DNA from: Patescibacteria group bacterium
GTDB lineage: Bacteria > Patescibacteriota > Saccharimonadia > Saccharimonadales > 2-12-FULL-41-12
Assembly (NCBI GenBank): GCA_038064875.1
Contig: JBBTSC010000001.1
Location: 635,004-699,003 of the forward strand
Reading direction: 5' to 3'
DNA: 64,000 nt
The position numbers and the translations under genes are program-made. Shown piece by piece: positions 33,817-42,759 of the stretch. How positions within the stretch are numbered: position 1 is the stretch's first letter; every line of letters begins with the position of its first letter. The notes under the pieces are model-generated. The model was not told where the DNA came from, did no database searches, and worked only from the letters and a program-made list of their open reading frames with translations.

Positions 33817-35391
33817 TTGCACATGTTTAAAGGTTTTGGTGGAAGGGCCTCTGCTCAAGATGGCGCAGAAGTCTTAACTGGTCAGAATGGTAACGAAGCA
33901 GGCCCCGCAATACCGGATGCTGATGGCTTGACAATGCCTTTTGGTGATCAGTCACATTTTGCTGGTCTCTATAGCCACAATAGAATAGGTAAGGCTTGTG
34001 GCATAATCAATGAATGTGTTAACAGCTTTGATATTCGTGAACAGTTTCCTGACGATAGCCCTGAATATAGGAGGATGATTACAGGCATCGCTTCTTTGTG
34101 TGCTCCAAAACTTCCTATACCAGGCAAAAAAAATTATTCAGCCAAAACGGTCAATGAAATACTAGGACCACATGTAAGGGGTTTGTGGCCAGAGGCTGAT
34201 GCTGAGGATAGACTGGCAGTAACAGTTGAAAACGTAGATTTGTTAATCCGTAAAGAGCGTTACATATACGGTGTATCAACTTCAATAGCTATTAACGAAG
34301 GCCTAGACATAGTGACTCCGGAGGGTAAATTCCAGTTAGTGAGTATTATGGCAAATTATGCAACGCGATCATCAACGCCTCAAGACAGAGGAGCTGTCTA
34401 CGCCCTAGCTTACGAAGAAGCTCATAAGATAGGCCGTGACATGGGTTTTACGCGGGGGATTAAAGAAGATCTAGAAGATGGTAAATTAGATGCATGTCTA
34501 GCTCGGGCTCTGGTGATCTCAACGCTAGAGAATGAGCCAGCTTCCAAAAAAGAAGAGAGACAAGCTCGAGGAATTACTAGAGCAGTAGATTTTGCTAAAC
34601 AGATGTCAGGCAAAAGTGAGCTAGATGATGAATTGATAGATATTATGACAAGTGCAACGGCGCTGGAAGCTTGGCCAGCAGAAGCAAAACAAGTTCTCGT
34701 AGAAAAGCGTCGTGAAATAGCTGGCTCAGTTGAGATGAATCTACAGAAAGCCAAAAAAGAATTACAAGAAAGAGGGTTCATCTTCCCAAATGCTGATAGG
34801 CAAGCTCTAGAAGCAGGATTTGCTAAATACTATAAAAAACTAGAGAGACTCGACATGGCAGCATTAGGTGTAACGAAGGTCTTGAAGCATAAACGAATGG
34901 CAAAGGAACCTACGCCTATCCAAGCTATGCAGGATATGCGGGCAACTCCAGAGAAACCGAAAAGGAAGATATTCCCTAACAAGATCCTTGCTCGGGGTAA
35001 AGATGGCGAACACGTAAAATTATCTGTTGAGGATATGATAGAAATGGCAAAAGAGGGCTTTAATGTAGATAAGACACTTGAAGAAGACATAAAGAGCATT
35101 TACAAATATCTCAGGAAGATAAATCTTAAATCTCCAGGTGGTTGTGGTATGAAGAGGATAGAGCGCCATAAAAAGGGTGCTGACGGAAAGCCTTTCTACG
35201 AATTCAAGCCCGGGGAAGCAACTGGACTTCCTACGACAACAAAACTCACAAGAAGACTGCGAGTTATATTTTCTTTGGAAAACAATAGATTTATCATCCA
35301 TGGTATCGTCAACAGAGATAAACTTGACAGCTCCTTAAAAACCATTGACAGAAAGATCAACGCCCCCAAGGGCCACCAGCTCAGAACCTAG
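33817..35391 (+). CDS. Hypothetical protein with a C-terminal RelE/ParE-superfamily-like module
   Basis: 524 aa. The N-terminal ~430 aa has no motif I recognise. The last ~80 aa read MKRIERHKKGADGKPFYEFKPGEATGL...RRLRVIFSLENNRFIIHGIVNRDKL, which follows the pattern of RelE/HigB/Gp49-type toxins. Confidence 0.55.
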   Translation: MHMFKGFGGRASAQDGAEVLTGQNGNEAGPAIPDADGLTMPFGDQSHFAGLYSHNRIGKACGIINECVNSFDIREQFPDDSPEYRRMITGIASLCAPKLPIPGKKNYSAKTVNEILGPHVRGLWPEADAEDRLAVTVENVDLLIRKERYIYGVSTSIAINEGLDIVTPEGKFQLVSIMANYATRSSTPQDRGAVYALAYEEAHKIGRDMGFTRGIKEDLEDGKLDACLARALVISTLENEPASKKEERQARGITRAVDFAKQMSGKSELDDELIDIMTSATALEAWPAEAKQVLVEKRREIAGSVEMNLQKAKKELQERGFIFPNADRQALEAGFAKYYKKLERLDMAALGVTKVLKHKRMAKEPTPIQAMQDMRATPEKPKRKIFPNKILARGKDGEHVKLSVEDMIEMAKEGFNVDKTLEEDIKSIYKYLRKINLKSPGGCGMKRIERHKKGADGKPFYEFKPGEATGLPTTTKLTRRLRVIFSLENNRFIIHGIVNRDKLDSSLKTIDRKINAPKGHQLRT

Positions 35392-35440
35392 AAGTAAACA
35401 CAGGTAGCCTTATCGGTAGGACTATTGTATAATAGGCTTC

Positions 35441-35602
35441 ATGAGATACTTGTTCTCGATGATCTGCGTGGTGGTAGTCTGGCTGACTACTATTGTGATT
35501 GCTGGGAGTTCTAGTCTAAATACTGAAGATAGAACAATTCTTTATTTTTGTATGATATTTCTGACATTGGCGATTTACAAGATAGGCTTTAGCAAAAGAT
35601 GA
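35441..35602 (+). CDS. Unannotated 53-aa two-TM mini-protein overlapping the kinase start
   Basis: MRYLFSMICVVVVWLTTIVIAGSSSLNTEDRTILYFCMIFLTLAIYKIGFSKR. It falls below the ORF-track size cutoff. The TGA stop overlaps the kinase ATG (ATGA). TATAAT at 35428..35433 lies 7 nt before the ATG, so the mRNA may be leaderless. Confidence 0.45.
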   Translation: MRYLFSMICVVVVWLTTIVIAGSSSLNTEDRTILYFCMIFLTLAIYKIGFSKR

Positions 35603-37080
35603 AGACTATCCATAGGATTGCTCGGCTCAAGAAAGTCATGGGAATTGCTCTTTTGATTGCAAAAGCAAAACTAAAAAATAAACAGCTCCCAAAAGGCAAA
35701 GTTCTAGAATCTGTGCTCGACCTCGGCGGGGTTTATGTTAAATTTATCCAGATCTTGGCAGTTAGAAGTATCAATGTAACTTCTTGGGATGGTCATGAGA
35801 TTAAAAGTATTAGCAAGATCTATGATCAGGTAGAGATTGAAAACATTGATATTGATAAGCTTTTGAGTAGTGAGCTTGGTGATTGGACTCAGAGGATTAG
35901 ATATATAGAAAGTCAGCCTTTTGCATCCGGGTCTTTTGGACAAGTCTATCGTGCAGAGCTCAAGGATGGAACCAAGCTGGCAATAAAAGTTGTCAGGCCA
36001 AGCGTGGTCAACAACATAGAATTTGATCTGAAAGTTTTGGGTTTTTTCATCAGGCTGGCAGGTCTTTTCAATAAAAGTGGGTTTGACCTTAGAAAAATAT
36101 ACAAACAATTTGCAGAAGTGACGCGGAGAGAATTGGATTATGAACAAGAAGTTAAATATGGAGATTTGCTTTATCATAGATACAAAAATCATCATTCGAT
36201 CGTCATACCTAAAACGTACTTAGAACTTTCAAACAAACACGTTATTACCCAGGAATTTATAGACGGTATTTCGGCAACCAAGTTATTTGATGTGAAAGAG
36301 CAAGGCTTAGACCCTGTTGCTTATATCAAGGATGAGCTTGGGTCTGATTTGATATTCCAGCTGATGGCGCTGGGTAGAGATCAATTAGATAGTCTGCTAA
36401 CAGATGGTTCTTCGCATGGGGACCCTCATCCGGGGAATATTGTGCTAATGACTAATAACAAGATTGCTTTGCTTGATTTTGGCATACAGGCTCATTCACC
36501 AGATGACCGAAAAGCTTTTTTCGGACTAGTCAAAGAATATCAGAAGATTTATGCTGGCAAATTTGATTTTGAAAACTATATTATTGCCCTAATGAATCTT
36601 TTTGTAAGTGAATTACTCAGTGCGGTAAGTACGCTCGACACCTATAGCCGAGGGGCAGTTTCTGACCAGATGTTGAGCGCTATCAAGGCCACCGTCGAAA
36701 GTATTTATCAAGGTTCAACACGTGAAATGGCACATCTCTTGGAGAGGCAAAAACATTTGTTGATTTTTACATCTGTCATCAATCAGAATAACCGGTTTAG
36801 CCTGAACTTTGAGATAGAGCAACCAGAGTTCTTAAGAGCAACAAATTTGTATTTGAATTTGGTTGAAGCTTTGGGACTTAAGCAAGTCGTGCTGAGCAGT
36901 GTCTACACAGATATCGTCATGAAATACGAAGACGTACAGTTGCCGACAAAGACCAGAAATACGACACCAGACCAAGCCGTAGAAGTCATTTCACATTGGT
37001 TAGACGATATAGCTTCAAGAGACATCTATCTATTCAATATGCTCGCATCAAAGATCAGAAAAGGAGCTTTAAATGCTTAA
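35599..37080 (+). CDS. ABC1/UbiB-family atypical protein kinase
   Basis: Nucleotide-binding PFASGSFGQVYRAELKDGTKLAIKVVRP and a catalytic-loop equivalent HGDPHPGNIVL. Confidence 0.85.
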   Translation: MKTIHRIARLKKVMGIALLIAKAKLKNKQLPKGKVLESVLDLGGVYVKFIQILAVRSINVTSWDGHEIKSISKIYDQVEIENIDIDKLLSSELGDWTQRIRYIESQPFASGSFGQVYRAELKDGTKLAIKVVRPSVVNNIEFDLKVLGFFIRLAGLFNKSGFDLRKIYKQFAEVTRRELDYEQEVKYGDLLYHRYKNHHSIVIPKTYLELSNKHVITQEFIDGISATKLFDVKEQGLDPVAYIKDELGSDLIFQLMALGRDQLDSLLTDGSSHGDPHPGNIVLMTNNKIALLDFGIQAHSPDDRKAFFGLVKEYQKIYAGKFDFENYIIALMNLFVSELLSAVSTLDTYSRGAVSDQMLSAIKATVESIYQGSTREMAHLLERQKHLLIFTSVINQNNRFSLNFEIEQPEFLRATNLYLNLVEALGLKQVVLSSVYTDIVMKYEDVQLPTKTRNTTPDQAVEVISHWLDDIASRDIYLFNMLASKIRKGALNA

Positions 37081-37246
37081 AAATATATTGCCATTTATCA
37101 AATATCCTTATGCCACGGGGTTGATATCGATTGTCTGGATAGGCACAGCGATGCTCTACTATATAGATAAAGATTTGCCGATTACTTTGATGATAGCAGT
37201 GAACTGTGTTGTTACTATCATCATACTAAATAACAGCATGAAATAG
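37073..37246 (+). CDS. Unannotated 57-aa two-TM mini-protein overlapping the kinase stop
   Basis: MLKNILPFIKYPYATGLISIVWIGTAMLYYIDKDLPITLMIAVNCVVTIIILNNSMK. The ATG at 37073 lies 8 nt inside the kinase gene, with AAGGAG upstream at 37061..37066. Confidence 0.45.
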   Translation: MLKNILPFIKYPYATGLISIVWIGTAMLYYIDKDLPITLMIAVNCVVTIIILNNSMK

Positions 37247-37292
37247 CCATTTTAAGTGGTTACTAAGGCACTAGCCGTGTAAAATAGTAATA

Positions 37293-38195
37293 GTGGATTC
37301 TAAGAGAAAATATACAACTTATTACTCATCTAGTCGTAGTCGCCAAGTGCTGGCCAGCAACCGACAAAATAATAAGAAACGGCTGGTATATTTGGCCTGC
37401 ACTGTGCTGATTGTGCTCATAGGATATGTTATGTTTTTCGGTGATTCTGACAAGCCACAATCCAAGGCTCAGCCGGCACCGAGTGTCCCGGCTTTCACGC
37501 TAGACTCAGTCTCATTGGACCAAAATATTAATGCAATTTTGCAGACTATCCCTAAAAATATCCAGACATCTGTAGCGGTAGTTGATCTGACAAACCAAAA
37601 GAGCTATTCGTATGGCACACAGGCACCCTTTGATTCCGCAAGTGTTGCAAAAGTGGTGACTGCTACCCTTTTTCTACATAAAGTTGAACAAGGGAAATAC
37701 TCTCTCTCGGAAAAGTTTGGTACGGAAACAGCTAGCGAGCAACTAAAAGCGATGATTGAGGACAGTGACAACACTGCTTGGAAGTTGTTCAATGATGAAT
37801 TAACTCACCCGGAGCTAGATTCTTGGGCCAGACAAAATGGTATGACTAGCTACACTAGTGATAAGAATCAAATGACATCCAATGACATGGCTAGTCTGCT
37901 ACAAAAACTTTATGCTAAAAAGCTGTTGAATGAGCAAAATACCAATCTGCTTTTGTCACATATGAAAGTGTCGGAAAACTCACTGATTTCGCAGTACGCT
38001 CCGGCAGGTGCCACTGTCTATCGAAAAGCTGGCTGGCTCAGTGATAGATACCATGAGGCAACGATTGTCGATAATGGCAAACACCCTTATGTATTGGTAA
38101 TATTTTCAAAAACATCGGCAGAAGTATACCCTTCAGGAACAGGCAAGGGGATGTATAAATCAATAGTTGACGTTACTACAAGACTTTTTCAGTAG
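37293..38195 (+). CDS. Class A beta-lactamase-related serine hydrolase (penicillin-binding fold)
   Basis: SxxK (SVAK in DSASVAKVV), SDN (EDSDNTAW) and a KTG-like KAG (RKAGWLS). An N-terminal TM anchor is present. GTG start. Confidence 0.65.
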   Translation: MDSKRKYTTYYSSSRSRQVLASNRQNNKKRLVYLACTVLIVLIGYVMFFGDSDKPQSKAQPAPSVPAFTLDSVSLDQNINAILQTIPKNIQTSVAVVDLTNQKSYSYGTQAPFDSASVAKVVTATLFLHKVEQGKYSLSEKFGTETASEQLKAMIEDSDNTAWKLFNDELTHPELDSWARQNGMTSYTSDKNQMTSNDMASLLQKLYAKKLLNEQNTNLLLSHMKVSENSLISQYAPAGATVYRKAGWLSDRYHEATIVDNGKHPYVLVIFSKTSAEVYPSGTGKGMYKSIVDVTTRLFQ

Positions 38196-38271
38196 GTCCA
38201 CTCACAGATTTGTTGCATATTATGCAATAATGTATTACAATTGCAATAGAAACTGTTTAGGAGGAAAACTA

Positions 38272-38709
38272 ATGGCATTTTTTGATCGATTCAAAAGAAA
38301 GAAAACCGCAAGTGTATTGCCACAAGAAGTGGATGACTATTATCGTGCTGAAAAACGCGGACGGCGCGGTGCTGCCTTTTTTCTCGGACTGATGACCCTA
38401 GTTCTGACAATTCTCTTTGTTCTGGGCGTATTTTTCATCGGTAGATACTTCTATAACAAAGTGAGAGATAATTCTAGTGATAACACATCAATAACAACTT
38501 CTGATGCGAACAAGAATACCTCGTCAGAGAAAAAGTCATCTGACGATAAGTCACAGAGTCCAGTCAGCTCTGGTAGTGGATCAGGAAGCTCAACAACAGG
38601 TAGCACTCCTGCGCCAACCCCAGCTCCTACTACCCCATCTGTTGCTCCAAACACTGGCGATAATGTGCCGGGAACTGCTCTGCCACGTACTGGCGACGAA
38701 GGAATGTAG
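38272..38709 (+). CDS. N-terminally anchored Ser/Thr/Pro-rich surface protein
   Basis: I chose ATG 38272 (AGGAGG upstream) over the track start 38167. The product has a basic head, a TM (AAFFLGLMTLVLTILFVLGVFFIG) and a low-complexity S/T/P tail that ends ALPRTGDEGM. Confidence 0.6.
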   Translation: MAFFDRFKRKKTASVLPQEVDDYYRAEKRGRRGAAFFLGLMTLVLTILFVLGVFFIGRYFYNKVRDNSSDNTSITTSDANKNTSSEKKSSDDKSQSPVSSGSGSGSSTTGSTPAPTPAPTTPSVAPNTGDNVPGTALPRTGDEGM

Positions 38710-39017
38710 TCCTTTGGGAGGGAAAACCCAGAAAGATTTTTCGCGCTTCCTTAGACTCGGATAAATCCTCTTGATCCTCCCTTTCCAATGTGTGCAGATA
38801 ATAATGAACAAGTAATTATTATCAGCATTATAGATGAGATTAAGTTATTTTGTAGGTTTTTTGACTTTTAGTATGTGAGTAGCGTTACTTTATATATATG
38901 CATACTCAGCTAAGCTGTAACTAGTACGATGTGAGGGAATTCGTACGGGTAAGTGCACGAGAGGGACGTGTGGAGATTGCTATCAACAAGGTAATAAGCA
39001 ACAAGGGGGACATAGTT

Positions 39018-39314
39018 ATGACAATGACAAGACAAGATCTTTTGGCTGCTACCGAGAGCGCCAAGAATAAAATTATTGAGAAATTAGTGACACGGTACGA
39101 TGTGCAATACGCTGCAGATCAAGCACGTGATCGCATAATGTCAAATATGAACGCTCTACATGTTGAATTAATGGCAACTCTCAGGAATTCTAATGCACAT
39201 CATGACCAGACGCTTCGCAAGATGAATGATTTAGAGACCAGAATGGCCGGGCTACAGCAAGAGGTGCGGACACTTCAACAGGTAATGACTCGTCTTTCGG
39301 GCTCAGTTAGATAG
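39018..39314 (+). CDS. Small coiled-coil protein, unknown function
   Basis: I chose ATG 39018 (AAGGGGGA upstream) over the track GTG at 38931. The 98-aa product has a heptad-like C-terminus (LRKMNDLETRMAGLQQEVRTLQQVMTRL). Confidence 0.5.
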   Translation: MTMTRQDLLAATESAKNKIIEKLVTRYDVQYAADQARDRIMSNMNALHVELMATLRNSNAHHDQTLRKMNDLETRMAGLQQEVRTLQQVMTRLSGSVR

Positions 39315-39335
39315 AAAGCGTTGAGAGCCTCTGTC

Positions 39336-39707
39336 TTAGGATGCTAGCTTTTGCTTGACTCGCTCTGCCACTTGACGTGGAGTCATCTCTGCTTTGACTA
39401 TAAAATCTAGGACGTCGAGTCCTTTGATGCTTGGTGGAGCTTCTTGCTCTCCCATGTTAGTGAGGATTATTACCTTAATTTTCTTCCCCCAAGGTTCCTG
39501 GCGCATTTTGGTCAACATCTCGTCGCCGTTCATATCTGGCATCATTAGATCAAGTAATAGGATATCTGGCTTCATTTCCTCAACCATCTCAAGACCGAGG
39601 ACACCTCCGTTTGCAACTTCTACAATGAACCCTTCGGATTCAAATTTTACTCGATACATCTGAGATATAGTTTGATCATCTTCGACAATCGCAATTTTTT
39701 GTGCCAT
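39336..39707 (-). CDS. Stand-alone response-regulator receiver (CheY-like) protein
   Basis: IAIVEDD, the phospho-acceptor context LLLDLMMPDMNG, and VIILTN...K. There is no output domain. Confidence 0.88.
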   Translation of the reverse strand: MAQKIAIVEDDQTISQMYRVKFESEGFIVEVANGGVLGLEMVEEMKPDILLLDLMMPDMNGDEMLTKMRQEPWGKKIKVIILTNMGEQEAPPSIKGLDVLDFIVKAEMTPRQVAERVKQKLAS

Positions 39708-39903
39708 ATACTAGGATTCTAACAAATTTTAAGCAAAAGCGCTAACAAGGGTACTGGTATAAGGGATATTGAAATTTGCTTTTTATGTCAATTCAATGTT
39801 TAATTATAATAAGTTTTTCGAGTATTAGATTTGATACTTGCCTACAAGAGACGATGTAAATAAATTAAAAAGATAGATTATTGGTGATAAAATAGAGCTG
39901 TTT

Positions 39904-40386
39904 ATGATTATCCATATTGCAAAAGGAGTTGGTTCTGGTTCGACAAAGCTTGCAGCTTTTGATGCTGCCCTAAATCATGCAGGGGTAGCTAACTATAATT
40001 TGATTAAACTTAGCTCTGTTATACCCGAGAATTCTGAGATAGTAGTACATAGGGGCTCAATTCCAAAAAGCAAAATTTCTGGATCATGGGGGGACCGTAT
40101 GTACGTTGTTATGGCCGAGGAGAGAGAAAATACCCCAAATGCAGAAGCATGGGCAGGCATAGGTTGGGTCCAGAATAAAAGGACAGGAGAGGGCCTATTT
40201 GTTGAGCATGAAGGCGCTAGTGAAAAGTCGGTTAGGCGTGATATTAAACAGAGTCTTGAAGATTTAGTAAAGAATAGAAATGGTAAATTTGGCAAGATCG
40301 AGATGGTGGTCTCTGGGACATCATGTAAAAACACACCAGTTTGCTCGTTGGTTGTTGCTGTTTTTCAGATTAGCAAATGGGATTAG
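39904..40386 (+). CDS. pdaD: Pyruvoyl-dependent arginine decarboxylase
   Basis: GVGSGSTKLAAFDAALNHAGVANYNLIKLSSVIP (the Ser-Ser self-processing region), and about 160 aa in length. Confidence 0.85.
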   Translation: MIIHIAKGVGSGSTKLAAFDAALNHAGVANYNLIKLSSVIPENSEIVVHRGSIPKSKISGSWGDRMYVVMAEERENTPNAEAWAGIGWVQNKRTGEGLFVEHEGASEKSVRRDIKQSLEDLVKNRNGKFGKIEMVVSGTSCKNTPVCSLVVAVFQISKWD

Positions 40387-40395
40387 TCAAAGGAC

Positions 40396-41766
40396 ATGAA
40401 TTTACAAGGAACTAATTTGCCAGAAAGTTCACTCGAAGCTAACGGGCGTAGCACGATGAACATAATTAAGAGAGCAACACAAACTGGCGTGGTGGTTGCT
40501 GAGCTTTTGCCAACTAACGAGGCTATAAGATATGGTGCTCTAGGGCTAGCAATGACTAAGTTTGGGGCTGATCCTTTAGTTGGCGCAGCAACCCTTGGCG
40601 GAGCTACTTTGTTAGTAGAAGGAACAGCCGCATTGGCGACAGCGGAGCTATTAACAACAGACAAAAGTCAAAAGGTGATTTCAAGAATAAACGAAAGTGT
40701 TCACAAAATAATACCAGAACACGTAAAGATGTCACCGGTTACAGAGGCTGGAGTTGCTTTGTACGGTGGTTCAGTAGTTGTTATGGCTGAGAAGCAACGC
40801 GAAAATCCGGAAAGGACAGTGGCACAAAATAGACGATACGGGCTTCTTACTGCCTCTTGGATGAGTGGTGTTTTGGCAGTTGAAGGCGCTGTTATTGCTC
40901 AAGGCATCGATAATATTACTGACCCTAAAACTGTTGGATTCGCCTTGATTGCTATGGGTGGTTTAGCTGCTGCAATTAAGTGGGCGAAGAATCAAGTAAA
41001 GAAAGATATTGTGGGCTATGAAGCAAGGTACGACTTAAGCGATCAAGAAATTGGCGAATTGGAGCGTGACTTAATTGAAGAGATTAAGCTTAGGGGTGTA
41101 GAAGAAGGAGTTACGGCCACATGGGTTAAACCAGATAGTAAATACGCAAATTTGGTTAGAACTGTTGAAGCAGGATACTTTCCGGAAGTAACTGAAGTTA
41201 CCGAAGAAGATGAAAAGAACACAATGTTTATGATTTTAGTTGATACAAGATCTTCAGTAAATCGCGTGATACATGCAACTACTGTAATGAAACCTAACGA
41301 AGTGGATCCTAGTTGCGACAATCAGCCAACTGGCTTCTATACAGTCGACCGCTTAGTCGACCTAGGTAACTTTAGCTCAGAAGAATTCTATAATTGTTAT
41401 CAAGGAAGGGATATAGACTTAAGTAAATCCATAAGCATTGAAACCAATTTTAGGGTCGGAGAACAGAGCAAAATAAATGGGATAGGATCAGCAGAACTAG
41501 CATATATAGCTCTACTGCAGCATATCGAAGAAGGAGGTGGAGAGCTTGGCAAGTCAGTAGTGTTTGCTACCATTAATGATCTGCAGGCAGAATCTCTTAA
41601 AAGGCTGGGAATAAAATCTGAAAATCTAATGGGCAGGGATGATCTACTAACTCCTGAGGAACATTTTGGTGTTCATACTAAACCAGTTGCAATAATGGTT
41701 GACGATGAAGTGCGCAGAATACTTAATAACTTAGGCGATAAAATCCCCCAGATTGCCCTAACCTAA
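40396..41766 (+). CDS. Membrane protein with a C-terminal acyltransferase-like (GNAT-fold-like) domain, function unknown
   Basis: The N-terminal ~200 aa has 4-5 hydrophobic Gly/Ala-rich helices. The C-terminal domain carries NGIGSAELAYIALLQHIEE, which resembles an acyl-CoA-binding loop. The assignment is tentative. Confidence 0.45.
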   Translation: MNLQGTNLPESSLEANGRSTMNIIKRATQTGVVVAELLPTNEAIRYGALGLAMTKFGADPLVGAATLGGATLLVEGTAALATAELLTTDKSQKVISRINESVHKIIPEHVKMSPVTEAGVALYGGSVVVMAEKQRENPERTVAQNRRYGLLTASWMSGVLAVEGAVIAQGIDNITDPKTVGFALIAMGGLAAAIKWAKNQVKKDIVGYEARYDLSDQEIGELERDLIEEIKLRGVEEGVTATWVKPDSKYANLVRTVEAGYFPEVTEVTEEDEKNTMFMILVDTRSSVNRVIHATTVMKPNEVDPSCDNQPTGFYTVDRLVDLGNFSSEEFYNCYQGRDIDLSKSISIETNFRVGEQSKINGIGSAELAYIALLQHIEEGGGELGKSVVFATINDLQAESLKRLGIKSENLMGRDDLLTPEEHFGVHTKPVAIMVDDEVRRILNNLGDKIPQIALT

Positions 41767-42650
41767 TCTTTGCGCTTAATGGTGTATTTTTTTAAAAATT
41801 TGTGTGGCTTATACTCATTTTTGTTTCTTTTTAAGCCTTTTAAGCCGAGATCTTGCTCCCAATTCACATATTTACACCCCTCTTCAAGAAGTTTATTTGA
41901 GCTGAAAAATGTGAGAGCAGTATCAATATTACTATAATTTGCTAGATATTTTTGAAAATGACAAATTGCATTTTTATCATCCAACTTTTCGTTAATTGAA
42001 AAGCCAACGACAACTTTATCGATCTGTATCTCAGTTATAATCACATCGAGATTGGCTATATTGTCAAGCAGTATGCCGATGGCTCTTCTTTCGTTAGCTT
42101 GCTCGATATCGTCTGTTTTTCTTGTCTTCCAATTATCAAAAATATTCAAATACTTCTTATGAATTATATCTTGGGAAGTAGATATGTGCTTAACCACAAA
42201 ACCGTTATAACGGGCGGAAAACTGATTTAATTTATTTCTCTGCTTTTTGTTTGATTTTCCGACTAAGTTTAAAATTTCGGGAATATAATATATATAATCA
42301 AAATTATCTGGGTCTTCTAAAACAATAAAGTCTTTATCTTTTCGCAAGTTTTCAACAACTAACTCAGGAACAAGTTTTAGTTCAGGAGTAGTCAACAAAA
42401 GTTTTTTTATTGATTCATCTATATTATCCTCGCCAAGGATCGAGTAAACATCTTCCCCTGTTAAATAATCAGGTATTTTTATTACAAGGTTTTTGCCGAT
42501 TGTGCTTAAAGCTGCGTTTTTATTAAAATCCCAACAGAGCATACTGGTAAAATTAAAGTCAGAGTATGAATCATATAAATTGGTTATTTTCTCAACGTCA
42601 TTTTTCAATGAGATGTTAAGTTTTGTGAAATTTGGATAGTTTGTCAGCAT
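41763..42650 (-). CDS. DUF2156-like protein (aminoacyl-tRNA-dependent transferase fold, as in the MprF C-domain)
   Basis: The N-terminal SDFNFTSMLCWDF motif and ~295-aa length fit DUF2156. The gene converges on and overlaps the previous gene by 4 nt. Confidence 0.5.
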   Translation of the reverse strand: MLTNYPNFTKLNISLKNDVEKITNLYDSYSDFNFTSMLCWDFNKNAALSTIGKNLVIKIPDYLTGEDVYSILGEDNIDESIKKLLLTTPELKLVPELVVENLRKDKDFIVLEDPDNFDYIYYIPEILNLVGKSNKKQRNKLNQFSARYNGFVVKHISTSQDIIHKKYLNIFDNWKTRKTDDIEQANERRAIGILLDNIANLDVIITEIQIDKVVVGFSINEKLDDKNAICHFQKYLANYSNIDTALTFFSSNKLLEEGCKYVNWEQDLGLKGLKRNKNEYKPHKFLKKYTIKRKD

Positions 42651-42759
42651 TTAGAGACTATAATACTCTAGACAGAAAAATTCTCATAGATATTATGTTC
42701 TTAGAAAATGCTTATGTATACTTCATTCCTGCTATCATATTTATGTAAGTGGATAATAT

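Noticed and set aside
38680-38709. LPRTG near the C-terminus of the S/T/P-rich protein, as a sortase cell-wall sorting signal.
   Set aside because: The motif is followed by only four residues (DEGM) with no hydrophobic segment or basic tail. No such segment appears in any frame downstream, and no sortase gene is in the window. It may be coincidental in a low-complexity tail, though a non-canonical signal cannot be excluded.
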